Part shown: positions 46,601 to 56,030 of the stretch, one piece after another
Position numbering within the stretch: the first letter of the stretch is position 1
Layout: every line of letters starts with the position of its first letter
Assembly (NCBI GenBank): GCA_041659325.1
Contig: JBAZYN010000003.1
Coordinates: 7,296-71,295, forward strand
Direction of reading: 5' to 3'
Source of the DNA: Candidatus Shapirobacteria bacterium
GTDB lineage: Bacteria > Patescibacteriota > Microgenomatia > UBA12405
DNA length: 64,000 nucleotides
Notes under the pieces: generated by a model
What the model saw: the letters and a program-made list of their open reading frames with translations, nothing else
Database searches by the model: none
Told to the model about the DNA's origin: nothing
Position numbers and translations under genes: made by a program

Positions 46601-47989
46601 ATGAGATTTATTAAACGTAAGAGAACACTAGTATTTATTTTTACCGCCTTTACCGGGGCTGGTTTTTCGTTAAATCTGTATCGCCTTCAATCAAGTATTA
46701 CTTTAAATTGGATACCACTGGTAGTAATTTTGGTTACGCTACTTCTAACTGTTCAGGGGATTATTACTTTGATGTGGATGCTCTATGCCTGGGAAGATCC
46801 CGACACTGTCAACAATAACAAATCTCCGGTTGAATTTGCCTATCCTTCGCTTTCTTTTACTGCCCTGGTACCGGCCAGGCACGAAGAAAAAGTTATCCGC
46901 GATACCATTATCGCTATTAATAAAATTAATTATCCTGATAACCTAAAAGAAATTTTGGTACTGTGTCGGGAAGATGATGTGAATACAATTAATCGGGCGG
47001 CGGAAACAATTACGGAACTTGGTCAAAAAAATATCCGCTTGGTCACCTTTGACGGGTTTCCTATCAACAAGCCCCATGGTCTAAATATAGGTCTCTGGCA
47101 AGCGAGGAATAGTGTGGTGACAATTTTTGATGCCGAAGACGAACCCCATCCTGACATATATCAAATAATTAATACGGTAATGATCCGCGACCGGGTAGAT
47201 GTGGTTCAGTCGGGGGTTCAGCTGATGAACTTCCGATCCCATTGGTTTTCTGCTTTAAATGTTATGGAATACTTTCTTTGGTTTAAGTCGGGACTTCACT
47301 TTTTTCTAAAAATCGGCCAGGCTACTCCACTGGGTGGCAATACGGTATTTTTTAAAAAGGAATGGCTAAAGACTGTGGGCGGTTGGGATGAAAATTGCCT
47401 GACTGAGGATGCTGATATCGGCATCCGACTGGCTCTGGCAGGGGCTAAAACCCGGGTTATCTATGACGAAAAACACTCAACTCAGGAAGAAACCCCACCA
47501 GACCTGGCCGGATTGATTAAGCAAAGAACCCGGTGGAATCAGGGATTTATTCAAATCTTACAAAAAGGTGACTGGGCCAAACTGCCTAGTTGGCGGCAAC
47601 GACTGGTGATCTTGTATGTTCTTTTCTCCCCGATTACTCAGGCTCTGTTTTTACCATACATTCCGTTTAGTTTTTGGGTGGCTTTTACCCAAAAATTACC
47701 GGTATCGGTTTCTTTGTTGTCCTTTGTCCCCTTGTGTTTGTTTATCCTCCAAGTTCTAATTTCTACCGTTGGGCTGTTTGAGTTTACCCGGGCTTATAAG
47801 CTAAAGTTTCCTTTTTGGATGCCTTTGGTGGTCATATTTACTTTTATCCCATATCAAATTGCTCTGATGTTTTCTTCGTTTCGGGCTCTTTACCGGATTA
47901 TTTTTAATAATAATAGTTGGGAAAAAACTCAGCATTTAAATGACCACCGCCAACCGGCACCGGTTTTGGAAATGGCCTATGTTAAATAA
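46601..47989 (+). CDS. family-2 glycosyltransferase, membrane-embedded processive synthase type (NodC/IcaA/HasA-like)
   Basis: DAED (DxD), QRTRWNQG (QxxRW) motif, 2 N-terminal and ~4 C-terminal TM helices. Confidence 0.8.
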   Translation: MRFIKRKRTLVFIFTAFTGAGFSLNLYRLQSSITLNWIPLVVILVTLLLTVQGIITLMWMLYAWEDPDTVNNNKSPVEFAYPSLSFTALVPARHEEKVIRDTIIAINKINYPDNLKEILVLCREDDVNTINRAAETITELGQKNIRLVTFDGFPINKPHGLNIGLWQARNSVVTIFDAEDEPHPDIYQIINTVMIRDRVDVVQSGVQLMNFRSHWFSALNVMEYFLWFKSGLHFFLKIGQATPLGGNTVFFKKEWLKTVGGWDENCLTEDADIGIRLALAGAKTRVIYDEKHSTQEETPPDLAGLIKQRTRWNQGFIQILQKGDWAKLPSWRQRLVILYVLFSPITQALFLPYIPFSFWVAFTQKLPVSVSLLSFVPLCLFILQVLISTVGLFEFTRAYKLKFPFWMPLVVIFTFIPYQIALMFSSFRALYRIIFNNNSWEKTQHLNDHRQPAPVLEMAYVK

Positions 47990-50582
47990 TCTCAAGACGA
48001 ACTATTTTGGGGTGGTGGCGGTGGCGATCGTGATGGCTATTTCACTGGTATCTCATGGCTTTAATATGTTTCGTTTCCCATATTATGAGAACGATGAGGG
48101 AACGTATATGTCTCAGGCTTGGTCGGTGCTAGAACAGGGAAGCTTGGCCCCCTATACCTATTGGTATGATCATGCCCCGGCCGGCTGGCTGTTTCTGGCA
48201 ACCTGGGTAAAACTAACCGGTGGTTTTTTTACTTTTGGAACTTCAGTTAATTCCGGTCGGGCATTTATGCTAGTACTGCACCTTTTTACCTCGGGGTTGT
48301 TAATCTATGTGGCGAAAAAACTAAGCGGTAGCATTATCCCCGGTTTGATGGCAGTTCTTATTTTCTCGCTCTCCCCCTTGGGGATATATTTTCAGCGACG
48401 GGTATTGCTTGACAACATAATGGTTTTTTGGATTTTTGTGTCTCTGGCAATTCTTTTGAAAGACAAACTTCGTCTGAGCCAGATAATTCTTTCCGGATTA
48501 GTTTTCGGGATTGCCGTTTTGACCAAAGAAAACGCCATCTTTTCTATCCCGGCTTTTGTATATGCAGTTTATATTAAATCTCATCCTGGACATCGGAGTT
48601 TTGCACTAATCAAGTGGTTGGCGGTGGCCGGGTTTGTGGTCTCCACATATTTTCTTTACGCTCTTTTGAAAAGCGAGTTTTTTCCGGTGGGGGTAATTAA
48701 TAATTTACCCCATGTTAGCCTGATTAGTAGTTTGTTACAGCAAGCAGGCCGCGGTAGTAGCTCTTATTTTTGGGACAAAAATAGCGATTTTTATGTCAAT
48801 TTAATGGAGTGGATGAACCGGGATAGACTAACCATAATTTTGGGGGTTTTTGCGACGATTGCCAGTCTAATACTAAGTATAAAAAACAGGGCGCTAAGGA
48901 TTCCTGCATATTTGTCTATTTTGTTTTGGCTATTTTTGTTAAGAGGAAAACTGGTTATCGATTTTTATATAGTACCCCTAATCCCCTTTTTGGCGCTCAA
49001 TATTGGGATGTTGAGCTATTTTATATTTAGATTTATTGCTTTTCGAAAAAAGTTTATCTATGTACCTTTAGTTTTTATTTTTGCCGTGGCGGTTTCGGCC
49101 TATTTACTGACACATCCCACCGGTCAATATACCCGGGACGAGACAATATCTCAGGTGCAAACTATTGATTGGATTAAAAAAAATGTTTCGGGTGACTCAT
49201 TTATTGCTATCGATTGCGCTCTTTACGTTGATCTACATGCGCCTAGGTTTGAGGGTGATACCGTTTTCCCAAATGCCGATTGGGTGTGGAAAGTTGAATA
49301 TGATCCGGAAATACTGACGGGTAAATTGGGTGAGGATTGGAAGAACATTCAATACATCACGTTGGGCCATGAAGTCCTGAAACAGATCAGAGATCATAAA
49401 TTTTATTTTATAAAAAAGGCTTTTGACAACTCAGTTTTGGCTTATGATTCTGAACGTAACACGACTTCGCATATCAACATAGATCAATATCTGAGTACCA
49501 ATGGTGATTGGATGCGGGTGTATCAGGTGAAAAACAAAGAAGCTTTGATTCTGGATAGTTCATGGAAATTTTACAAAAGCAATTTTGTCATATCCTACGG
49601 CCAAGTTATTGATCCACAAGGTAATAACCGGACTACCTCTGAGGGACAGTCTTTGGCAATGCTACGAGCGGTTTGGCTAAACGACAAATACACCTTTGAC
49701 GGGGTGTGGCAGTGGACGGTTGACCACCTGCAAAAACGGACTCAGGATAAATTATTTTCCTGGCTATGGGAAAAGAAGGGTGAAGACTATGGGTTGGCCG
49801 ACTCTAATACTGCCGCCGACGCTGATTCGGACATCGCACTGGCGCTGTTGTTTGCATATAGACGTTGGGGGGGTGGAGCATATTTAAGTTCTGCCCGGGC
49901 AATCCTAAATGACATGTGGAAAAAAGAAGTGGTTTTGGTTAATGGCCGTTATTACCTGACGGCCGGGACCGATGCCGCCCGAAACGGGGGTTATTTGATT
50001 AACCCGTCGTATTCGTCGCCGGCAAGTTTTCGGATTTTTGCCAAGGTAGATCCCAGGCACCCGTGGGACAAGTTGGCCGACGATAGTTATTACTTGTTTA
50101 ACCAATACACCCTTGTCCCAAACTGGATTCTTTTGGATAGGAGAAGCGGGCAGCTATCTTCGGCTAGTGCCTATGTAAACGACAAGGATGTCGATAATTA
50201 TGGCTATGATGCCTTTAGAACTATGTGGCACGTGGCCCTGGACTCGATCTGGTTTAAAAATAGTAAAGCCACCGATTTTTTGGCAAAAAATAAGCCCTTC
50301 TTTTCTCAACAATGGCAGGAAAATCAGAGATTTTTTTCGGTCTACGAGCTGGACGGGGCTCCGGTGACCGGCTACTCTTCGGTGAGTACCGAGGTGGGGG
50401 CGTTGTCTGTTTTTAGCCAAACTGATGCCAAAATGGCCGCTGACTTATTTCAGAAAAATTTTGAAAACAATTTTAATTATGATGAGGGTTATTGGGGGGA
50501 CAAATCCAACTACTACGACCAAAATTGGGCTTGGTTTGGCAGTGCTTTGGCCACTAACCGGCTGATTAATCTGTGGAAATAG
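47979..50582 (+). CDS. fusion protein: N-terminal GT-C-fold membrane domain (PMT/ArnT-like) + C-terminal glycoside hydrolase family 8 domain
   Basis: ~11 TM N-domain with YYENDEGTY loop; C-domain has GH8 catalytic RTTSEGQSLAMLRAVW and PROSITE-like AADADSDIALALLFAYRRW; start set to ATG overlapping GT2 stop by 11 nt. Confidence 0.7.
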   Translation: MLNNLKTNYFGVVAVAIVMAISLVSHGFNMFRFPYYENDEGTYMSQAWSVLEQGSLAPYTYWYDHAPAGWLFLATWVKLTGGFFTFGTSVNSGRAFMLVLHLFTSGLLIYVAKKLSGSIIPGLMAVLIFSLSPLGIYFQRRVLLDNIMVFWIFVSLAILLKDKLRLSQIILSGLVFGIAVLTKENAIFSIPAFVYAVYIKSHPGHRSFALIKWLAVAGFVVSTYFLYALLKSEFFPVGVINNLPHVSLISSLLQQAGRGSSSYFWDKNSDFYVNLMEWMNRDRLTIILGVFATIASLILSIKNRALRIPAYLSILFWLFLLRGKLVIDFYIVPLIPFLALNIGMLSYFIFRFIAFRKKFIYVPLVFIFAVAVSAYLLTHPTGQYTRDETISQVQTIDWIKKNVSGDSFIAIDCALYVDLHAPRFEGDTVFPNADWVWKVEYDPEILTGKLGEDWKNIQYITLGHEVLKQIRDHKFYFIKKAFDNSVLAYDSERNTTSHINIDQYLSTNGDWMRVYQVKNKEALILDSSWKFYKSNFVISYGQVIDPQGNNRTTSEGQSLAMLRAVWLNDKYTFDGVWQWTVDHLQKRTQDKLFSWLWEKKGEDYGLADSNTAADADSDIALALLFAYRRWGGGAYLSSARAILNDMWKKEVVLVNGRYYLTAGTDAARNGGYLINPSYSSPASFRIFAKVDPRHPWDKLADDSYYLFNQYTLVPNWILLDRRSGQLSSASAYVNDKDVDNYGYDAFRTMWHVALDSIWFKNSKATDFLAKNKPFFSQQWQENQRFFSVYELDGAPVTGYSSVSTEVGALSVFSQTDAKMAADLFQKNFENNFNYDEGYWGDKSNYYDQNWAWFGSALATNRLINLWK

Positions 50583-50880
50583 AGAAATTAAGATATTTTC
50601 TACTTACCCCAAACACATTTATTTTTGTGACTACATAATGTCGCAATACACGGCTGACTAACACAACGACAGCCTGTGCTTACCATCTCCAGTCTTCCAC
50701 CGATAAATCGACAAAAGCGAAAATTTCTATTAGAAAAATATGAAACAGATAATACGGCAACTATTACAATAACAATACCTGGGAAGATAAATTTGTATTT
50801 CACCAAATTATTATCTCAAAAAGTATATTAAGTGTCAGCTAGCTCCGGAAGGACAATGCCTTTTTACCCAAAAAATATTT

Positions 50881-51504
50881 TTATATATTTCCCAGATCTA
50901 CGACGACTCTTTGGTTGCTCCAAAAACTGGATTGGTATATCAATTTCGCGTTGTCGCCGACGGGAACTTCAAAGGGCATTGAGCCGGTGACCTTGCCGCC
51001 CGGGGCTAACGTTCCGGAATTTAGGCTATCGTCTAAAGAAGCATATGTTATCCCCTCCTGGGCACCATTGGCATCCTGAACTTTGAAATCATACGGATTG
51101 TAGGAGACTTCACCCGTACCTAAATTTCTGATAGAAACATTAACGATTACATACTCTTTACCCGATTTGGGAGTGTTATAACCAAAACCTCGGGACCTTC
51201 TGACTGAATTTACTATAAATTCCCTGTCACCTAATTCTGTGACATCCCCGACTTTGGGGGTTAGCTCTTCCGGCTGCTCAGGGAGCGGAGTATTTGTGTC
51301 GATTTTTGATACCACTTTTGAAACATCAGGTGGATTATATTTTTTATTACCAATGCTGCCGATAATCCCAAGAACAATAAACATGGTAATTAAACTGGTA
51401 ATTATCGGGTGCCTCCCAAATAGACCGCGCTGGTCAGTTTGGCAATGAGGACACTTGGTGGCTTCTAAATCAATTTCCATCTGACAGCTTTTACATTTTT
51501 TCAT
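50881..51504 (-). CDS. zinc-ribbon / TM / DUF4352-like extracytoplasmic domain protein
   Basis: CKSCQ...CPHCQ, one TM, beta-rich C-domain. Confidence 0.45.
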   Translation of the reverse strand: MKKCKSCQMEIDLEATKCPHCQTDQRGLFGRHPIITSLITMFIVLGIIGSIGNKKYNPPDVSKVVSKIDTNTPLPEQPEELTPKVGDVTELGDREFIVNSVRRSRGFGYNTPKSGKEYVIVNVSIRNLGTGEVSYNPYDFKVQDANGAQEGITYASLDDSLNSGTLAPGGKVTGSMPFEVPVGDNAKLIYQSSFWSNQRVVVDLGNI

Positions 51505-51697
51505 TTTGTTGAGAATTTATATTTTAATAAGTTTTTCGAATCCTTAACCAAATTATAAGCCAGGGGAAATGATTGTCAAGGAACCTATCGTGGCAATATG
51601 CTTCTATTTATGGGAATATTTGGTATTAGCGCTTGTCTGCCTCTGGCGGAGGCGGGGTGAGGGGCACTGCCTTTTATGAGCATAAAACCACAACAAA

Positions 51698-51946
51698 TTA
51701 GGATACCTTTTTTTCGGGTAAGTCATTTACCGCTTTGAAAATAGCTTCAAAGCGTTCTTCTAGGGAGATGTTGGGATCATAAGTTAAGCTCAGATCCCGG
51801 GCGATAGCGGTTAGCTTTCCATATAGGGCGGGGTCGCCTTCATCGTAAAGACAATGGAGGTAGTCGTAACTTGGATGTCCGTGATCGTTTAGCCAGCCCT
51901 GAAGTTTGTCAATGGTGTTTTGTTGTTGGTTTGTGTTGGTGACCAT
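51698..51946 (-). CDS. hypothetical protein
   Basis: 82 aa. Confidence 0.35.
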   Translation of the reverse strand: MVTNTNQQQNTIDKLQGWLNDHGHPSYDYLHCLYDEGDPALYGKLTAIARDLSLTYDPNISLEERFEAIFKAVNDLPEKKVS

Positions 51947-52009
51947 AGAGGTAATAACTAAGTGATTAATTTTTAACCGCTAGGAAGTGAAATTAAGGCC
52001 AGAGTGCGA

Positions 52010-52801
52010 CTAAAGGCTTGAAATTTTTTGTTTGTCATTTGATCTGAGGGTAAAGTTAAAAATGTCGAAATTGGATTGAAGATGATCGCGGGAGCTGGCT
52101 TTGGGGATGACAATTAAACCCTTGTCTACAAGATACCGGAGGGCAATCTGAGCGGCAGTTTTATCGTATTGTCGGCCAATACCAGTTAGAACCGGGTCGT
52201 CGGCGACATCGCCCTGGTCGAGGGGTGAATAGGCAGTAATAGTGATGTTGTTTTTCTGGCAATAATTGATAACATCCTTTGGATAATGATGGGGGTTGAT
52301 TTCGATTTGATTGTTGGTAATAGGCAAGTTTAGAGCCCGGGCGGCGGAGAGGGTGTTTTGTAGCTCGATGATGCCAAAATTACTGACCCCAATGGAATGT
52401 ATTTTTTGGTCGGAGACGAGTTTTTCAAAGGCCTGAAGCGTTTCGTTGATGTCTACTTCGGGATTGGGTGCATGGATAAGGTAAAGATCAATATAGTCGG
52501 TGTTGAGATCAATTAAAGATTGGTCAGCATTTGAGAGAACATGATGATAATCAAGCTGATCCTCGGGGACTTTGGAGGTAATGAATATATCAGACCGGTG
52601 GAAGTCTCTGATAGCCTTTCCTACTTCGGCTTCGTTTTGGTATTTCCGGGCAGTGTCGAAATGCCGGTAGCCGATTTCCAGAGCGGTTTTGATGGTTTCA
52701 ATACAGGAGGTCCCGGTTAGGCCATAGGTACCAAGACCCAGAACGGGTATGGAGTGACCGGAAGACAAATCTATGTCAGGGACGGGGTTGGTTAGTTGCA
52801 T
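52010..52801 (-). CDS. aldo/keto reductase
   Basis: IPVLGLGTY, GYRHFDTA, catalytic Tyr/Lys context, IGVSNF. Confidence 0.85.
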   Translation of the reverse strand: MQLTNPVPDIDLSSGHSIPVLGLGTYGLTGTSCIETIKTALEIGYRHFDTARKYQNEAEVGKAIRDFHRSDIFITSKVPEDQLDYHHVLSNADQSLIDLNTDYIDLYLIHAPNPEVDINETLQAFEKLVSDQKIHSIGVSNFGIIELQNTLSAARALNLPITNNQIEINPHHYPKDVINYCQKNNITITAYSPLDQGDVADDPVLTGIGRQYDKTAAQIALRYLVDKGLIVIPKASSRDHLQSNFDIFNFTLRSNDKQKISSL

Positions 52802-52944
52802 ATGTTGAATCTATGCCGACAATGTGGAGAAGAGCCTAGGAAAGGGTAAGAAATGGGAAAGAAAATATATAATTCGGAGGTGACGAATCCTTAGATTATC
52901 TCAGGACAGGTCCTTCCCTTTGGTGAAACGATTTTAAACTTTAT

Positions 52945-54246
52945 CTATGGGCTGAAGTTTTGTTTTTTCTTTTTTAAAATGAGGAAGCCAAAAAATCCAA
53001 GGAGAAGTATTGCGGCGACAACAACTGTCGGGGAGATTGACCGTGAGGTGTTATTTATACTTTTAACATCATCAATTTTTCCCCACCCTGCATTTTCGGC
53101 GGCGATATCAAATTTTTCTATGGCTGATAAACCATTGAAATCCGCAGAAATTTTTTCACCGGCATTTACATCAACAGTTTGATTAGTCTGCTTTGATTTG
53201 AAGGTAACGACACCTTCGATAACTTTTATCGAAGAAGCGCCTTTAACTTGCTCCAACACTAAAGTAGTACCCTTGATACCGGCGACTGCTTGACCCATTT
53301 CGACTTCCATGGTGCCATTGGTGAGCATCTTCTTAAAATTTATCCACAAGTGACCGGAAACCAAACCAAGCTTTGTTTCCTGCTCCGGAGGGGTTTTAAC
53401 AATAACTTCGGTGCTGGACTTTATTCGAAAAGTGGTCATATCTTCGAATTGAAGGACTGCAAAACTGTCGGCTCCGGTAAGAATATGATCGTTAACCAAT
53501 AATTTTGCTTTTGGAGTAGCTGGTGTCCAATCTTGAGATTTACCGTCTTTGTAGCAGTGGGCCAGACTTACTTCACCGGTAAGGGAGTTAAAACGGGCCC
53601 GGGAATCGACCGGATCGTCATATTCAAAGCAACCGCAAATCACTTCTTGACAGTTGCTAACAGCAGTCCAGGAATTACTGAAATTATCGGTTTGAGTAAA
53701 TGCCACATGATCAACCATTTTTTTGTCTTTCCAATTGGTTTTGTTTAATGTAAGACTGCCTTCGATGATACCGGCGCCGGAGGATTCGGAAATCGGTTGG
53801 GTGGTATAAAAAGTACCGCTGCCTACATAGCTTTCCGGATATTTCCACCCCTCACGCGGAGGAATACTAAGCTCATATGACCATTGGCCACTGATATGGC
53901 CTTTTTTATAGGTTCCACTTAGGGTAAAGACTCCGTCTTCGGGGGTAACTCCACCGATGAATTTGTCGGCAGAATGACGTTTGTTGTCGACAGTAACGGT
54001 TTTGCTAAAGGTGCCGCTGTCGGAAATATTCAAGTCTAGTTTGTTGGAAATTGCGTCCCAAATACCACTGACAGAAACTACGTAATATTTGTCCAGATCA
54101 AGTCGACCAAATTGGACATTGACGGTGGTGGGGGGAGGTAAAAATTTTTCGGTGTCAAAAGGAAACGAGGCAAAAGATGAGGTGGTGGAGAATAAAAAAC
54201 ACAGAAGACAAATGAGAGATGACAGAAATATCGGTATCTTGACCAT
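52945..54246 (-). CDS. secreted, C-terminally anchored protein with FecR-like beta domain
   Basis: Signal peptide, C-terminal TM + KKKKQ; preceded by conserved 58-nt upstream element. Confidence 0.45.
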   Translation of the reverse strand: MVKIPIFLSSLICLLCFLFSTTSSFASFPFDTEKFLPPPTTVNVQFGRLDLDKYYVVSVSGIWDAISNKLDLNISDSGTFSKTVTVDNKRHSADKFIGGVTPEDGVFTLSGTYKKGHISGQWSYELSIPPREGWKYPESYVGSGTFYTTQPISESSGAGIIEGSLTLNKTNWKDKKMVDHVAFTQTDNFSNSWTAVSNCQEVICGCFEYDDPVDSRARFNSLTGEVSLAHCYKDGKSQDWTPATPKAKLLVNDHILTGADSFAVLQFEDMTTFRIKSSTEVIVKTPPEQETKLGLVSGHLWINFKKMLTNGTMEVEMGQAVAGIKGTTLVLEQVKGASSIKVIEGVVTFKSKQTNQTVDVNAGEKISADFNGLSAIEKFDIAAENAGWGKIDDVKSINNTSRSISPTVVVAAILLLGFFGFLILKKKKQNFSP

Positions 54247-54294
54247 AAGAGATTTTACACCCCAATTCCCGAATATGTCAGAACTGCCCCGACA

Positions 54295-54352
54295 GTACCG
54301 AAAAATTCGGACACTCCTTCGTTAAAACTACGGACGGGCAAAGCGTATTTCA
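54295..54352 (-). promoter_or_regulatory. conserved 58-nt 5-prime element with internal palindrome CCGAAAAATTCGG (copy 1), upstream of surface-protein gene 52945..54246
   Basis: 57/58 identical to 58717..58773; followed in both loci by AGAATGATAGGCG. Confidence 0.5.
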
Positions 54353-54631
54353 GGTCAGAATGATAGGCGCGGCGGCCCGCCTGCAAAAGCTGGTGCCTTA
54401 GCATCTGCGGGCAGGTGGGGGGGCACTTCGTTACCTCAGTGTAAACTCTGCGCCGAGCGTTTATTTCAAGATATGGATAACATGAACGAAGTGAATTCAG
54501 GGCGAAACAAGGAATTTATTTATGGAACGATTTTAAAACCATTAATATCTTTTGATAAATGCCATACAAAGACAATAACTTTGCTTGTTCAGCTTTAGCT
54601 TCATCCCCTCTTTTAGAACTATCCAGGATAA

Positions 54632-55156
54632 TTAATACTTTACCCTTTGAGCCAAAGACAAAATTTGACCAAGGCCGTTTGTTAAAATACTATTAATTTC
54701 TTTGACGGTTTTAATACTATATGTTGGTTTGGTTCGGTAAGGGACGTCATTAACATCTTTATTAAGATTGATAATTTCCGTGAATAAATAAATTTTATGC
54801 TGATGATAGGGAAAGAGAAGATTAAGACTCTTCAACGTCCGGTTATCCATGGCAAGAATTAATGATGCTTTGGCGGTGGTAGGGTAATCGATTGGAGTGG
54901 ATATATGCCCAGACAGATCAACATTTAGTTCTTCAAGCAAAGGCTTTACCCGATGATAAACCTCGCCATAGTAGGTTATATTAGGGAACCGGACGGGTTT
55001 GTGGTCGATTATTGTTCCCTGGATACTCCTGGAAATAACCCGGTAATCAGTGCGGATTCCCTGTTTGATTAATTGCTGTGAAATCAGTTTTTCGGCGACA
55101 GCCGATCGAAGGATATTTCCCCGACAGACGCAAACGATCAGCTTCTTGTGGGACAT
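54632..55156 (-). CDS. low-molecular-weight protein tyrosine phosphatase / ArsC-like
   Basis: CX5R(S) P-loop VCVCRGNILRS at N-terminus. Confidence 0.7.
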   Translation of the reverse strand: MSHKKLIVCVCRGNILRSAVAEKLISQQLIKQGIRTDYRVISRSIQGTIIDHKPVRFPNITYYGEVYHRVKPLLEELNVDLSGHISTPIDYPTTAKASLILAMDNRTLKSLNLLFPYHQHKIYLFTEIINLNKDVNDVPYRTKPTYSIKTVKEINSILTNGLGQILSLAQRVKY

Positions 55157-55221
55157 AAAGATATTTTAATACAAAGCATTAATTATTTCGAATATTTCGA
55201 TATGATAGACTTTCTGAGTTT

Positions 55222-55971
55222 ATGTATAGCCCATTTGAAGAACTCTGTGAAATCGCAGATACAAACTTGAACGACTTAATTGGAGTAAAAAAGAACGCTG
55301 TCCGTATGGAGAAAATGGTGTTGGCGCTTTCAAGCGAGGATGACTGTTTGATAGTTGAGCGTTTAAAAAAAATAGGCAAGCTAATTAAATTACAAATACT
55401 ATATGAAACATATAAGACCGAATTGGAAACAGATTCGGCAATGGAGTTTCTTGAAGGCGAGAAGACACTGGAAGCATTGATGTCTAAACGCTCAAAAACA
55501 CTTATTACCAACGAAATATCTATTGGAAAAATCAGGGCAAACGACAAGATATTGTTTATCGGCTCAGGGCCGCTACCGATGAGCGCCATTTTGTACAACA
55601 AATATGCTGCATGTCCGGTAGATTGCTATGAAAAAGATAAGAATAAGGCCAACCTTTCTAAAAAGGTTCTATCAAAACTTGGGCTATTGGGGAAAATTAA
55701 TGTTTATTGCAAAAGTGGAGAAAAGTTAAAAACCGACAAATACAATGTAATCGTTGTTGCCTTGCTAGCAAAACCCAAGAATAAAATTTTCCGGGCGATA
55801 TATGCGTCAATGAAACCCGGCACCAGAGTAATATGCAGGACTTCAGACGCAGCCAATAAAATTCTTTACGAGGAGACTGATGAGAAGTTGTTTAAGAAAT
55901 ATGGCTTTTCCAAAAAAAATAAAGCCGATAAAAACCAGACGGTTTCATCGGTATTTTATTTAGGAAACTAA
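55222..55971 (+). CDS. nicotianamine synthase-like protein (NAS/CntL family)
   Basis: ILFIGSGPLPMSAILYN (cf VAFVGSGPLPLTSI), VDCYEKD (cf FDNYDID), VVALLAKPKNKIF..MKPGTRVICRTSDAANKILYE (cf LAALVGM..GA.LMLRSAHGARAFLYP). Confidence 0.65.
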   Translation: MYSPFEELCEIADTNLNDLIGVKKNAVRMEKMVLALSSEDDCLIVERLKKIGKLIKLQILYETYKTELETDSAMEFLEGEKTLEALMSKRSKTLITNEISIGKIRANDKILFIGSGPLPMSAILYNKYAACPVDCYEKDKNKANLSKKVLSKLGLLGKINVYCKSGEKLKTDKYNVIVVALLAKPKNKIFRAIYASMKPGTRVICRTSDAANKILYEETDEKLFKKYGFSKKNKADKNQTVSSVFYLGN

Positions 55972-56030
55972 AACGACGACCTATTGACAGAAGTTATCTC
56001 AACTGCTCGAGAAGTGGAATGATTTTTGAA

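Noticed and set aside
54350-54440. GC-rich hairpin-rich segment that might be a small RNA (superficial CAGGTCAG similarity to SRP RNA)
   Set aside because: Lacks the conserved SRP domain-IV GGAA/AGCAG/CCAAGG motifs; better explained as part of the dispersed repeat family.
55179-55601. 140-aa minus-strand ORF
   Set aside because: Antisense to the NAS-like gene, whose family motifs are unambiguous.
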